A stretch of 63,770 nt of DNA, counting the filler, from Stramenopiles sp. TOSAG23-3 (lineage: Eukaryota), in the NCBI GenBank assembly GCA_900128585.1. It is 5 parts of 5 records of this genome, joined end to end, with 100 filler letters (N's around TTAATTAATTAA, not from the genome) between each part and the next. Parts side by side here need not be neighbours in the genome. Positions count along the whole stretch, not along the records: positions 28,698 to 57,129 come from LT642246.1; 4 more parts are not named here. One strand, 5' to 3'. How positions within the stretch are numbered: position 1 is the stretch's first letter; each line of letters begins with the position of its first letter. The position numbers and the translations under genes were made by a program. The notes below the pieces were generated by a model, which did no database searches, was not told where the DNA came from, and saw nothing but the letters and a program-made list of their open reading frames with translations. Below are positions 43,801-53,577 of this stretch, in pieces.

Positions 43801-46212
43801 GTGATGGAACGACAACTTGAAGAAACAAAGCAAGCACTGGAAAAGACTAGATTGGCCAATTTGGAGAAGGAGCGTTTGATTGCAAGCAACTTGGAAGCGC
43901 AAGCAGAGAGGCAACGGGCATTGGAAAAAGGTAAATTGGCATCTTTAGAGAAAGAGAAGCGTGTTCACTCGAAGCGTTTGGAAGCTGAGACAGACGCTGA
44001 ACGAGAAAACGCAGCAAAACTGCAGCTTGAGCTGGACAAAATGAAGAAAGACATGGAAACCCAAGCAGCGCGTGAAAAAAAATATCGCCAAGACAGTGAG
44101 ACGACGATGCTGAAGGAAATGAAAAAACGAGAAGATGCTGCAAAGAAAGAATTGAAGAAACTAAACGATGCCCTTGAGCGAAAGGGGGAAGAACAATCAA
44201 TTGCTTCAAATCTCCGAGAAAAGCCGGCCAAAATTTCGTCTTTGGGCTCACGCTTTGACGCGGCCCTTCATTTGGGGAAACTGAATGCTATTGCAGACAA
44301 AAAGAGGAAGCGGGTGGGGCTAAGAGAACAGATCATGGAAGCAAAGCGAAAGCGAGATGCCGCAGAGCAAGAGAGGGCAACGGAAGAAGCGCCCCCCGAC
44401 CAAAGCGAAATGATGATCAGCAGTAATGAACCAGCCCTAGACCCTGAGGCATTAGAGAAAATTCGAATTCAGCAGGGACTCGAGCGATCGAGTATGGAAA
44501 AAGAAGAACATCAGCAACGCAAGCATGAGAAAGCCGCGCGAGAAAAGAAAGCGGCGCATGCTCGTGCAAAGGCTGCTCGAATGAGAAAAATCAGGCAGAG
44601 AGAAAGTAGAATACGCCGGTTAAAGATGCCCCGTGTTCCTACCGAAAAGATGCACAAAAAGGTATCCCAGATTGCTTTTTGGTACCGCCACAACGTGCAG
44701 AAACGGCGCATAAAATCGTGGCTTGCCATTCGGCTGTTCTCTGCTACAAGCATCGCAAAGGTTTACCGTGGTTACCGCGGTCGTTTGGTTGGCAAACGTT
44801 TGAGAGAAGACAGGGAAATACGGCTGGAGCGCCAGCGTCGCATAGAAGAGTTCGAGCGTGCAGAAAAGCTTCGGGAAGAACAGGCCGACAAAGAAGCGAC
44901 CGCAAGAAGGAAAAAATTGGTTGAAAAGCAGAAAATGAGAAAGCTACGGAAAAAAATCAAGTCGCAAATTCGTCACCGTGAGCAGGAAAAGGCAAAGAAA
45001 TATGTCATGCGTACCATGCGAAAAACAATGAACCAGTTTGTAAATGGCGGTGTGGGGGTCTTCACCGACGGTGATAGCGATGTATCGGAATCGAAGGAAA
45101 AAAGTTCAGATTCACTCACTGATTCCGTGGAAGATGTCAGTAGCTCGGAAGAAAAGAAGGGTTTTATTGCCCCAAAAATGTCAGGTGCAGATGCTGCAGA
45201 TGATTCGGAGGCTATGAAATCTCAAAAATTAAAGAAAAACAAAATGGGCACTCGGCGCAGCAACAAGACCCCATCAAAATACACCGTTACACCGGCCTCT
45301 AAATTAAGGAACGAACCCAAAGCAGCAAAAAAGAAGGTGAAAACTATGGATGTGCTGGGAAAACAAAAGGGGGCTAAAAGCAGTTACATTCTTCCAGAAA
45401 AAGATATTGACCACTCTTACTCGGCAGCACATTTGAGGATCCCAGCGAGTGCAAATCTGATAGAGTCCGTCCATAGGATAAATACATCCGCATCGGACAT
45501 GATACGAAGGGGCGACGCAGATCAAGCCAGAACATTACTAGTTGGTGCAGAGCAAATGACCAGCAACGTGTCTCCTGGTGTATTCGAATATGAGTTCAAC
45601 AACACTCGGTCCACAACTTTGATGAGGCTGGCGATTGTTTTGAACCGCGACAAAGACCACGAAGGTGCCTTGTCTTACTTGGAAGAGGCCGTCTTGCTGA
45701 AAAGGACACCCGCCATCATGAACAACTTGTGCTCCACCTTGAGCGCCTTGGGTGAGCACGAGAGGGCGCTGAACTGGGCCCTCGATGCAGTCCAGTCTGC
45801 AGAGACTGTGAATATACCAGAAGCACTGCCTGTCGCACTGCACAACTTAGGAATTGAATATGAAAGCTTAGGAGAGCATGATTCTGCCATGTCAAATTAT
45901 GGACGAGCACTTCGACTTTCTACGGAACGCTTTGGGGTGTCATCCGCACTTAGTGTGGGCATTCGGTCTAGCATCAGAAGTGCTCGGGATGCGGTCAGAC
46001 GGAGAACAATCATTCCCAATGGTGGCATGGGGTTTGGACAAGACAGAGCTCCGTTGTTTCAGATGCCACAGCCTAAAACCCGGCCTATTCCTCGTTCTAG
46101 GAGACATGGGGCAAGAATTACTGGAGGAACCGCTGGCACCGAAGTTGAGGGAAACGAAATACGGCAGTCATTCGATTCGATGGATTTTCAAATTGGTGAT
46201 TTGTCGTTTTAA
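37897..46212 (+). CDS. 2771-aa membrane protein: signal/ectodomain, TM, IQ motifs, Pro/Arg-rich repeats, long coiled coil, C-terminal TPRs
   Basis: Hydrophobic N-terminus; TM LYGLGVVLLLCVSTTVTCYVV; IQ-like MQRVWRG, IQRAWRG, LQKIWRG and IAKVYRG; RGPPP repeats; E/K/Q-rich region; TPR ALHNLGIEYESLG. Confidence 0.85.
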   Translation: MSSLLACLFSSRLVFPTLVVHLWTFFLMLSFVTCVQESGGVTSGTISKPFLVPLGYIPQVQFFLSELNTCKYSNKQIKDYVLGMESMSPYYVGSKSPSTLPRKNFYFVKFQNFSSDSGVAGRVNSDIDERGGVLKRIRARTANSKHIAGGSGANAGAEHWEVYRNYAPIAAEISDVTCPPNPYSNALVRCTLLVKDIFGEPTTVKSRHIQSKFSSFQARYEGRYDPTSFAPDLNEVGKVYVSFIVPQESGQSTKAVQIAFADYFIGANNGSTVTVSPQAAVEKQSILDIDIRFTGVPLEVLNQGILPQQLLLAGLVRGAGLENKVHAVPKDVYPCPEAERCALADSRPTHDTRTDQSDREESSSRRRRLRDVTDAAEPRSLRYKDPRDPSLPPSVALRFMMYGEYGSVRKFMDVLELTAFRDQHVIGNISEMLSSEHGEVDLHVIEDMQISSVHPIRLDGDYIFTLPRQSVIAEDITSMLYGLGVVLLLCVSTTVTCYVVRRFERAQLEKRRKKAQREWALAHPEWKKKYEFASKGSGWKPPKPPKPAKPGEPVTAEMRLAQIRHLRAMRAYQRANKMMDEYNDAAKLLQNIWRQKLARTILKALVQKRKELWATKFMQRVWRGKKGRKGFVEMRDAVRELNKAALLVQRVWYKRNNMFSTFVLLRSLGLKDKQEQDRRIREYFQKRAAAVNLLNLHVKRWVRRRNRHATNIQRAWRGYSSRLVTAAFKCEATEAASLLQKIWRGKAGRRAWMKNLAEIREKNLAAVRLQLAWYRHNGEFSTFVLMRCLSTAGERAEIQYIQDGVRWERKAARTLERGIKAWVFRRRIRGLAARLRTEMTPRHKVPPPPKKEPRLESSHVSKIKVMATVSARAQARKTEPYTANEISDIPSAAASKPKPHHQVEAEVYHKQPPRSRFVPSGRPWSRPPPKARPPPKARPPPRGRPRPRGRLPARGRPPQRRRLLPRAEPRPRVGPPPRARPPPRAGPPPRARPSPKAEVPTKAEAPLEVDAPLKIEALPKTEAPANVEAPLEVKEPPNAEVLTKVEAPLDVEAPLNAEASPKRKVPATAEAPLAVEVPSKVESPVQAEFSSKVESSPLPLPKKVEAITEVSQKGGISAAELEQVETPYKPVVAVKTDSKPVKSVPVRRGPPPRGLVSSRDLPPRGPVSSRGPPPRGPVSSRGPPPRSSFGRGPPLRSPLGRGPPPRGKFASRGPPPRGSRRGPPRGGRPPPPRGGRPPRRSGRPPMPTMSPQQAREKLLLTKSLKEAERKANDALAREQKQREEIARVEKERKDAEMELERERQQHEQRIAWQERMMKKDKERLQKEISRQSARAAREMEKLKEELLLQKKRQEDESSAKLEIITVQDAEMKRMRKLMEQQAEEAQKIIESQLTALNETQSQMSKEKEKILLTQKEMQQMKGDFEAEKESHMAMLKESKVKEETSEIDAQKQQTEELDTLKLQFERYKIEEEHKRIERERNAEKKREALANVLLQKQAKLEKELSARHAQLLEANEKAKASRGNPSPEQSDLLHQEMLKREQALLHEMERKMTEVQKEKEEQEKAMRQKLEETAEQQRQAIAEKQKEWDEKREAEVENRKKQLVEMEKQHLEQIAERNKQIELMKEQEKAHKNDFMNREHEFQNIQKAREIELREAQKNTLVELQGKDLELKKKEFAAKEAALQERFQEESKAREEAFLKREEHIQRKAEEDAKQKKKEIIEQSQKRARMATLMSRAKTLAPKPVATKDSAVTAQKLENERMLVQNRKEALDKELLEIEKAKERMEDERNRFESEMQEKLKVLEEQKAEELRVALQKLKDTSNTDSTGNSEIKTLEYMAELEALREQHRKEKESVAQVDQHRLKLEQQKQKKLKSRSDDMERQLTQMKSDMERLKKADKEAKLREAQLQKEKDVELVREREKRMSLHFASTVNAQNTKSALENEIREKLRQKDLEQQKLAQQLREKSLVMERQLEETKQALEKTRLANLEKERLIASNLEAQAERQRALEKGKLASLEKEKRVHSKRLEAETDAERENAAKLQLELDKMKKDMETQAAREKKYRQDSETTMLKEMKKREDAAKKELKKLNDALERKGEEQSIASNLREKPAKISSLGSRFDAALHLGKLNAIADKKRKRVGLREQIMEAKRKRDAAEQERATEEAPPDQSEMMISSNEPALDPEALEKIRIQQGLERSSMEKEEHQQRKHEKAAREKKAAHARAKAARMRKIRQRESRIRRLKMPRVPTEKMHKKVSQIAFWYRHNVQKRRIKSWLAIRLFSATSIAKVYRGYRGRLVGKRLREDREIRLERQRRIEEFERAEKLREEQADKEATARRKKLVEKQKMRKLRKKIKSQIRHREQEKAKKYVMRTMRKTMNQFVNGGVGVFTDGDSDVSESKEKSSDSLTDSVEDVSSSEEKKGFIAPKMSGADAADDSEAMKSQKLKKNKMGTRRSNKTPSKYTVTPASKLRNEPKAAKKKVKTMDVLGKQKGAKSSYILPEKDIDHSYSAAHLRIPASANLIESVHRINTSASDMIRRGDADQARTLLVGAEQMTSNVSPGVFEYEFNNTRSTTLMRLAIVLNRDKDHEGALSYLEEAVLLKRTPAIMNNLCSTLSALGEHERALNWALDAVQSAETVNIPEALPVALHNLGIEYESLGEHDSAMSNYGRALRLSTERFGVSSALSVGIRSSIRSARDAVRRRTIIPNGGMGFGQDRAPLFQMPQPKTRPIPRSRRHGARITGGTAGTEVEGNEIRQSFDSMDFQIGDLSF

Positions 46213-46584
46213 AATGAACGTGTTCACGCTCGCTCGAGAAGGGGTCAAAGTCTTCGAAACCAATGTAAAACTAAGAAATAAATTATTTTATTTGTAAAAC
46301 AGACAATTATTAATTAAGTAAGAAGTAACAGAATTTAATTACTATTTTATTTTATTTTTTAATTGTTCTCTTAGGATTTATGCATTTTGATTTTTTGTTC
46401 TCTTAGGATCTTATTGCGCGCGAACAGCACTTGAAAACTGCACACGTTGTAACTTGAAAAGTAATTGTCAACACGTCAAGGAATACAAAAACCCGGGCGG
46501 CAATTCCGAGAGCTTCGCTTAGCACCGGCTGTATCTGCTACGGTCTTGGAATACGTCCAATGTTTTTGCAGCCATTCAATTAGT

Positions 46585-46944
46585 TTACAATGATCGTTGG
46601 TGGTGGGTTCCGACTTTTCCGCCACGGCTAAACTGGCGCTGAAGAGGCTCCGTCGACCCCCCTGCTTCTGCCAAAGCCTTTTGGAGAACAACCCGCTCGC
46701 CGACCTTAACACCGATATCGCTCCAATCCTGATCGTTGAGTTTTGTCGCTATTTCTGTGCGGGTAACGGCCGCTTCGTTCAAGTGGCCCAAAATTGTATC
46801 CGCACGGTCAGCCATGCCGTTGTCACCCAGTGCATCGCGTACGATAGAATCGAAGCTTTGAGCGGAAAATGGTGCAGCCATTCGAGGGGCTTGCTTCGTT
46901 GCCGCGGAGGCGAACTTTGGTAGGTAACGGGCGACTGAAAACAT
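46585..46944 (-). CDS. Small SAM-like domain protein with probable mitochondrial presequence
   Basis: MFSVARYLPKFASAA N-terminus; LNDQDWSDIGVKVGERVVLQKAL resembles the C-terminal helices of a SAM domain. Confidence 0.65.
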   Translation of the reverse strand: MFSVARYLPKFASAATKQAPRMAAPFSAQSFDSIVRDALGDNGMADRADTILGHLNEAAVTRTEIATKLNDQDWSDIGVKVGERVVLQKALAEAGGSTEPLQRQFSRGGKVGTHHQRSL

Positions 46945-47428
46945 GTTGTATGAGCGATAATTGATGTTGTTTTGTTCTGGTTCTGAGAAGTTGCTGTTGC
47001 TGTAAAGAGTAACCTATTTACAGGTAGCTACGTCGTTTGTACCGATAGGAAATGGTTTGTAACTTCAAGTAAGATTTTCAAGGAAACTTTCTAAATGGAA
47101 CGTCAATTATATATTATTATTATTATAATAATAAATAACAGCAGCACTTCTTATAAATAAAAGAGGCACACAAACAAACAGCATCCACACATCATGAGGA
47201 CGACGACGCTTATATTTTTTTCTTCTTCTAGTTTTTTTTTTAAGAATAGCTAATGTGATGATGCTATTTTCATATTAATTATTACAATAATATAATTATT
47301 ATTGTTTTAGTATCGATCGAAAATAAAATAATAAAAAATACAGCAAGAGAGAGTGTTGTGAACCGGTATTAACTATAATACAATAATACCACGTATTATT
47401 ATATGTATGACGCAACAACAATCGCTTG

Positions 47429-47549
<121 letters not shown>

Positions 47550-48174
47550 ATAGTATAATACAGTTTAGCATAGAAAGTTAAAAAATTTTAGATAGACTTC
47601 GTATAGTTTCTTTCTTTCAACAATAAAATATACATACAAGTGACTATGCTGCGCTTTGTATTTTTTACCCCGGTCTCTTCTTTTGCATTCGTTTTTCATT
47701 TTTTTGCCAGTTTTGTTTTGTTGGCATAACTGGAATAATTCCGGTGTAATTTTAAGTTGTACCACCCGAAATTAATTTATCCGATTTAACTATTATTTAT
47801 CATATTCTAAATTAAAATGTCCTATTTAATATTTTCTATATTTCAGTAGTACACGAATATAAAACAATTTTTTTATATATTTAGAATACATAATTATGTG
47901 TACTTATTTTAATCAGATCATCTATTTAAACAATTGAACTCCAACACGTGGCCTCTGAGGAGGAGTATGATGACAGTAAAAAAAAGAACGGAAGAGCAGG
48001 TATTAGTATTAGTATTATAGCAGTACCACAGTAGCTATTAATAATAAAGAAACTGAGAATAGAAAGAAAGAGCATTGAGAGAGATCATCAATTCCACCAT
48101 AACCACCAAAAAACAAACAAAAAAAACCGACGACGACCGAAAAAAATATAATACTAAAGAGTGTCACGCTCGTA

Positions 48175-48184
48175 TAGACGACTA
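48175..48184. promoter_or_regulatory. TAGACGACTA motif
   Basis: Exact 10-mer about 160 bp upstream of the DnaJ ATG. Confidence 0.6.
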
Positions 48185-48342
48185 TGTCTACTAAGATTTC
48201 AAGTTTCAAGTAATATGTGTAGCTACGTAGGGAATTTTTACATCCCTTTCATTTCATTGTAGTCGTGTATAGTTGGTTATAAAAAGATAGTGAAAGTTCA
48301 TTGATTGATTGTGCGTGTAAATAGTTCCACGTGTTCACTACT

Positions 48343-49410
48343 ATGAAGTTAACAAAGGTATTCGTTGCGTCCGTCCTTTTGTTTGCGCTTGTCAGCTCGG
48401 CCGTGCATGCCCAGCGCCAGGACGAGGAGGAAGAAGAGAAAGACTGGTATGAAATCCTGGGGGTAGATGAAGATGCTACGGACCGTCAGATTAAGAAGGC
48501 GTTTCGAAAACTTTCAGTCAAGTACCATCCGGACAAAAACAAAGGCAATAAAGAAGCCCAGGAAAAATTTCAAGAAATCAACAACGCTTACGAAGTATTA
48601 GGAAACCCAGACAAGCGAGTTTTGTACGACGCTGGCGGTCAGAAAGCAGTAAAAGAAGGAGAACGAGGGGGTGGCGGAAGTCCCCTGGACGCATTTTTTG
48701 GTGGAATGTTTGGTGGTGGCGGCGGCGGCGGTCGGAGAGGGAAAAAAGGCCGGGACGTCTCTGTGCGCGTTGAGGTGACCCTTGAAACGCTGTACAACGG
48801 CGGTGAGCGCACGGCCGAAATTGAACGACGGGTTATATGCCGAGGTTGTGGCAAAAACCCGAGGAAAAAGAAGTGTAGGTCGTGCAAAACTAAGTGTCCT
48901 AACGAAATTAAAATGGTGCAGAGGCAAATGGCGCCCGGCTTTATGGTCCAACAACAGCAAGAAGTACCGTCGAAGGAAATGTGCAAAAACGAAAAGAAAC
49001 GATTGACGGGACAGATCGAGAAGGGAATGCCCGACGGTAGCAAAATTACGTTCGAACGTGAATCCGAACAGAGGCCAGGGTACATCCCGGGCGATGTCAT
49101 CATGATATTGCACACGCGAAAACACCGACTTTTCAAACGCGATGGCCAGAACTTGCACCATACGATGAAAATAACGCTGAAAGAAGCGCTGACTGGGTTT
49201 TCCAAGACCATACAGCATCTGGATGGGCACGTAGTGACCATAAAATCGAAAAAGGTCATCAAGCCTTTCCAGGTCAAGCAGTACCCGAACGAAGGCATGC
49301 CCGTGCACAACTTTCCGTCGCAGTTTGGGACTTTGTTTGTAAAGTTTGAGATTATTTTCCCAAAAAAACTATCACAGGAAGATAAAAATAAGCTGAAGGA
49401 AATCCTGTAA
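48343..49410 (+). CDS. ER-luminal DnaJ/Hsp40 (ERdj3/DNAJB11-like)
   Basis: Signal peptide, J domain with HPD, G/F-rich region, [11 protein letters not shown] and a DnaJ C-terminal domain. Confidence 0.94.
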   Translation: MKLTKVFVASVLLFALVSSAVHAQRQDEEEEEKDWYEILGVDEDATDRQIKKAFRKLSVKYHPDKNKGNKEAQEKFQEINNAYEVLGNPDKRVLYDAGGQKAVKEGERGGGGSPLDAFFGGMFGGGGGGGRRGKKGRDVSVRVEVTLETLYNGGERTAEIERRVICRGCGKNPRKKKCRSCKTKCPNEIKMVQRQMAPGFMVQQQQEVPSKEMCKNEKKRLTGQIEKGMPDGSKITFERESEQRPGYIPGDVIMILHTRKHRLFKRDGQNLHHTMKITLKEALTGFSKTIQHLDGHVVTIKSKKVIKPFQVKQYPNEGMPVHNFPSQFGTLFVKFEIIFPKKLSQEDKNKLKEIL

Positions 49411-50103
49411 GTTTTTTGGTTTTTGGGTTTCGGATTCTGAGTGACACCGCTACTACTACCAAGGTAGCTGCTTTTTTTTCAAGAAGAGAACGAGGGCAGA
49501 GGACATCTATGTTGTCCAGGAAATTATTAATCTAGATAGTAGGGAAAGGATTGATAGAGGTAAAGCTTGCGTAGGAGCGTGTTTAAAATTTTAGTATAAA
49601 TATATATCACATGTTAACCAAATGTTTAAATACGCTTACCTTACATTTGACCAGTGTGTAAAAGACAGGAACGAACTTCAGCGAAAGTTGAACGTCCCCG
49701 TGGATGAAGAGGAGAGCAAACGAATGTGTAGAGTCTTATACATGTTGTTTTTTAATAACCTATAAATATATATAATATGTTTTAACAAATGAACCCCAAA
49801 GTATGGTATTGTAACCCTCTTCAGACCCCTATGGTACCCTTCATTTAATATTATTAATTTTTATTTATATATTTAACTTTCGTAGTTATATTATATAGGT
49901 ATTTAGCTCTATACGTTACCGCTAGGGTTAACTTTTGTATGTTCCGCATCGTCTCGCCGTGCGCCTCGACAACTACGAGGATAGAAGAAAAAACAATAAA
50001 AAAAAAGAGAAAGTGAACAGAAAATATTTAGGAAACCGTCCACGTACGCAAGAGAAACAAAGAAATATAGCGAGGGAGAGACCATTAACGAAGTGAATTT
50101 ATT

Positions 50104-51344
50104 ATGAATAGCGACAAGACAATGAAGCAACCCCAACAACGACCATCCACGAAAAACCCTCTCTTGCAAAGCAAAGAAGAAAAGGCAAGAGAGGGGTTGA
50201 GGTTGAAAAGAGAAATCAAAGCGGCTGTACGGTTGCAACGAGTGCTTTTAATAAAAGATAGTAAAAAGAAGAAGTTTGCAAACGGCGTTCTTGTCATTAT
50301 GTTTTTATCGCAACTCGTATCGATTCTTGTGCATGCGTATACGCAATATGAGCCTATGAACGCTGTCTTCCTCTTTAACGCTTATTTGTTCCTCTTGGTT
50401 TGGGCGGCAACAGTACCCTTGAAGATTGGCAATTGGCAGTTAAAAATTGGCGTGGCGCTGCCTTTCCTAGAAAGAATACTAGAATGTATTGTTCGTATTG
50501 ATGAATCCACCTTTTATTTAATAGGGTTACTCGATGTGGTAGGCGTAATTGCAGCCCCCTTTATGCTCCAACCAATTAACAAGGCATTGCAATACAATTA
50601 TTCCACCGATTTACATGGTTTGGCGACACGTTTGAGCACAAAAATTATTGCTGGGTTACCAGTCGCATGTTATTTGGCAATGACGATCATACAGTGTCAA
50701 ATGGCGCGTATCACGACAAGGACTACATGGAAAGAAGAAGAGTGGCAAAAGGAGGTTGGATGAATTGTACAGATTCCAGAGAATTCATCGATTCTGAACA
50801 GTTCGATAAACATTATCCAGAATTACCGCATACCGTCAATGAAATGAAGATCGAAGAAGGAATGGAAGAATATGTTGCCAATGAATTGAAACTGGAGACT
50901 AGTAGTTACCAACTATTCGAAATGGTTCTCCTCATTATGACATCCCAAGTCTTGCTACGTCTGTGTCGATTGACGATGAATGATATTTTAAACGTAAATG
51001 TCAGTAAATGGGAATTGGGACTTACAGTAGTCACTGTGATTCGTATTGCAGCGGTTTTCGTGTACGGGGGGTTAAGTTTAAAAGTGATATCGATGTCGCA
51101 ATACCGAACTGTACAAACCACATTTAATTACTGTCTTGTCGTATTGTGGCTGATCACCATCTTGCTCGTTATCAAGCTCGTTCGTGACGCGTCCGCGGTT
51201 ATTGATTTGGAAAAACCAAGGCGTAAGAAGAAAGCATTCAAACATAGTGCTTCCATTGAAATGATCCATAAACGTTCCCGTCGGTTCAGTTCGATGGAAG
51301 GGAATGAGAATAGTTCGTTCGGCGTGGGCGATGATATTGTGTAA
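50104..51344 (+). CDS. Multi-pass (~8 TM) membrane protein split by a frameshift between ~50667 and 50763
   Basis: Two overlapping hydrophobic ORFs (50104-50763, 50667-51344) in different frames; no plausible intron found. Confidence 0.6.
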
Positions 51345-51792
51345 AGAAAAAATATCCTATTTGGAGTTGTATCATTATTAAAGTTTTAACTATAAATCTT
51401 TGTACTCTAAGCGTGTAATATAGTAGCAGGGTCCATAAACGGGTGCATCGGAGTCGCGCCGTCCTTCATTTAATACCTCAATCGAGATTTAAGAAGTACC
51501 CGTATTACTACAGGTACCTGGTATAAAATAATGAGAACCCACCACCAAGCAACAACAACAAAAAAATAAAATAAAAAATAAAAACATTTTGTGTCTCTCT
51601 CTCATCATCAAGACGTTAGAATTTTTATTAGTCTATGATATGATGTGAACAAACAGATAATAAATAAAATAAGCACATAGCAGAGCAAAGGAATAAAAAG
51701 AAGACACTGCTGATTGATGAAAAAAAATAATATAATTAAACATTTTTTTTTACCCACCAGATACTTCCATAATAAAATAATTATAATAATAA

Positions 51793-51802
51793 TAGACGAC
51801 TA
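51793..51802. promoter_or_regulatory. TAGACGACTA motif
   Basis: Exact 10-mer about 200 bp upstream of ATG 52004. Confidence 0.6.
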
Positions 51803-52003
51803 TAACACCACCATCCATCATCATCATCAATTTAAATAAATACGACGAGAAAAGGAGCGAGTATTTTTTTTACCCATCGACACAAACACCAGTACTTCAC
51901 ATTTGACCTGCATGAAAATTAGATAGAGCTCTTTTGTTTCTCTTGTGTTTTTTCCACGATCCACATCTTGTTCAATCTTCAGCACCAAACCAACACTTCG
52001 CCC

Positions 52004-53155
52004 ATGTCGAGAAGTCCGGCTATAACCGTTATAACACCTGGCGGTTCGGGTGGAAGACCTCTAGTTCTTGAGCTCAGGACTTCAGGCTATCGTGCGTTGG
52101 ACGGATACAGAAAAATGTGCAATTTTATTGCAGTAAGCAATCAAATCCTGGAACGTCGGCATCGCATAAAGAAAAACTGGGAAAACGACTGCCGCCTCGC
52201 GCTGTGCAAACTGTATTTTTCTAGGTGGAAGCGAACCCACACGTTGAAACTACTATTTTACGACGCCCTGAAGCGTTACACAAGAAAGTACTTGCAGAAA
52301 TGGAAGTCCAGGCTACATTACGAACAAAATGTCAAACTAGGATTAGAGAAAATTTTACGCCGGTACAGACAAAAATCGATGAAATTGAGGTGGGATCACA
52401 TCATCTTTATTAACCAAGGAAAGGTGGACTTCTTGAAGAAAGTGCTGTCGAAATGTTTTTACAAAAAGGAAAAACTTCAATGCACGATTGTTTTCAAGAT
52501 CTGGAAAGTGGGTGTGCTCAACGCAAAAGGGAAAGAGTTTTGGCACAGAAGTGTGACTAGAAAATCATTGCTTAAATGGAGGTCGTATTTGAGGTGGTGC
52601 AAAACGTTTCGAGGCTACATAGAACGATACTACATGAAAAGAAGGGCCATCAAAAAGTTAGTTGAGAATGTAAAGTTTTACCATTACGGTCGCAATATTT
52701 GGTGGGGGACGTCGTTGCACCGAGTGCTGTCAAAACCTATGCTGCAGCATAGATTAGAAATATGGAGGAAACATGCAATTATACGAAAACTGAATCGATA
52801 CGTTGCCACGCAGAAGATTATCCATGCTACAATTCACTTTGCCAAGCGCACTGCCTTCCAATGCCTTGTAGATTTCCGAGAACCAGAATGTGACTCTTCG
52901 GACGAAGTCGACGAAAACTTATCGCCATCGCAGAGACTACGGAAACTATTTCGTACCAGTGTGAAGGTCGTTATCGAGGACAACAAAACTCTAAAAGACA
53001 ATAGCTTTGATAGAATGTTTGCAAAGCGACTACATGCATCAAACATCATTGTTCGTCGTTCCCTGGGCATAAAACAGTATCGAAAAACGAGGGAGCTGTT
53101 TCGAACTAAACGCTTCCAGTCCGGTGAAGAGGAGGAGATGGACTGCGACGCTTGA
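52004..53155 (+). CDS. Basic helical protein with periodic Trp repeats (Sfi1-like centrin-binding repeats)
   Basis: Repeated F/L-x-x-W-K/R motifs (FSRWK, LQKWK, FKIWK, LLKWR, LEIWR). Confidence 0.55.
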   Translation: MSRSPAITVITPGGSGGRPLVLELRTSGYRALDGYRKMCNFIAVSNQILERRHRIKKNWENDCRLALCKLYFSRWKRTHTLKLLFYDALKRYTRKYLQKWKSRLHYEQNVKLGLEKILRRYRQKSMKLRWDHIIFINQGKVDFLKKVLSKCFYKKEKLQCTIVFKIWKVGVLNAKGKEFWHRSVTRKSLLKWRSYLRWCKTFRGYIERYYMKRRAIKKLVENVKFYHYGRNIWWGTSLHRVLSKPMLQHRLEIWRKHAIIRKLNRYVATQKIIHATIHFAKRTAFQCLVDFREPECDSSDEVDENLSPSQRLRKLFRTSVKVVIEDNKTLKDNSFDRMFAKRLHASNIIVRRSLGIKQYRKTRELFRTKRFQSGEEEEMDCDA

Positions 53156-53370
53156 GTGCCGCCGCCACCACCACCACCCTGTTTCTTGAAGGCGGCGCTC
53201 CAAATTTTTGTTTTAAAATGAAAGAGTGTGTACATTTTATCTAAAAATTATATTGTTTAAAACAAATTTATATAGTATGCTTTAAGACTCTCAATTTACA
53301 TCAACACATCTTGTTTTTAATACATTCACAGTATTTTCATTTTGTTTTTAATTCTTTAAATTTTTCGTAC

Positions 53371-53413
53371 AAATTTAATTACTTAAATAACAGCCAATTT
53401 TCTTGTTTTTTAA
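53371..53413 (-). repeat. Conserved ~40-bp 3' element, copy 6
   Basis: Reverse-complement core at 53383-53405, about 173 bp after the PKG stop. Confidence 0.92.
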
Positions 53414-53577
53414 TTTTTCCTAAGTTTAAAAGGCTAATTTCGCACTCGTTTCAACTTTAGCGGACAAAAACAAAAATACATTGGGCAAGGAATTTTGCAC
53501 TCGCGTTTGACCCTGTGGCACGTGCAAAACTGAAAATTCGCTTTTTTTACACTTCTGGGTAACACAATGTTCTGTGT

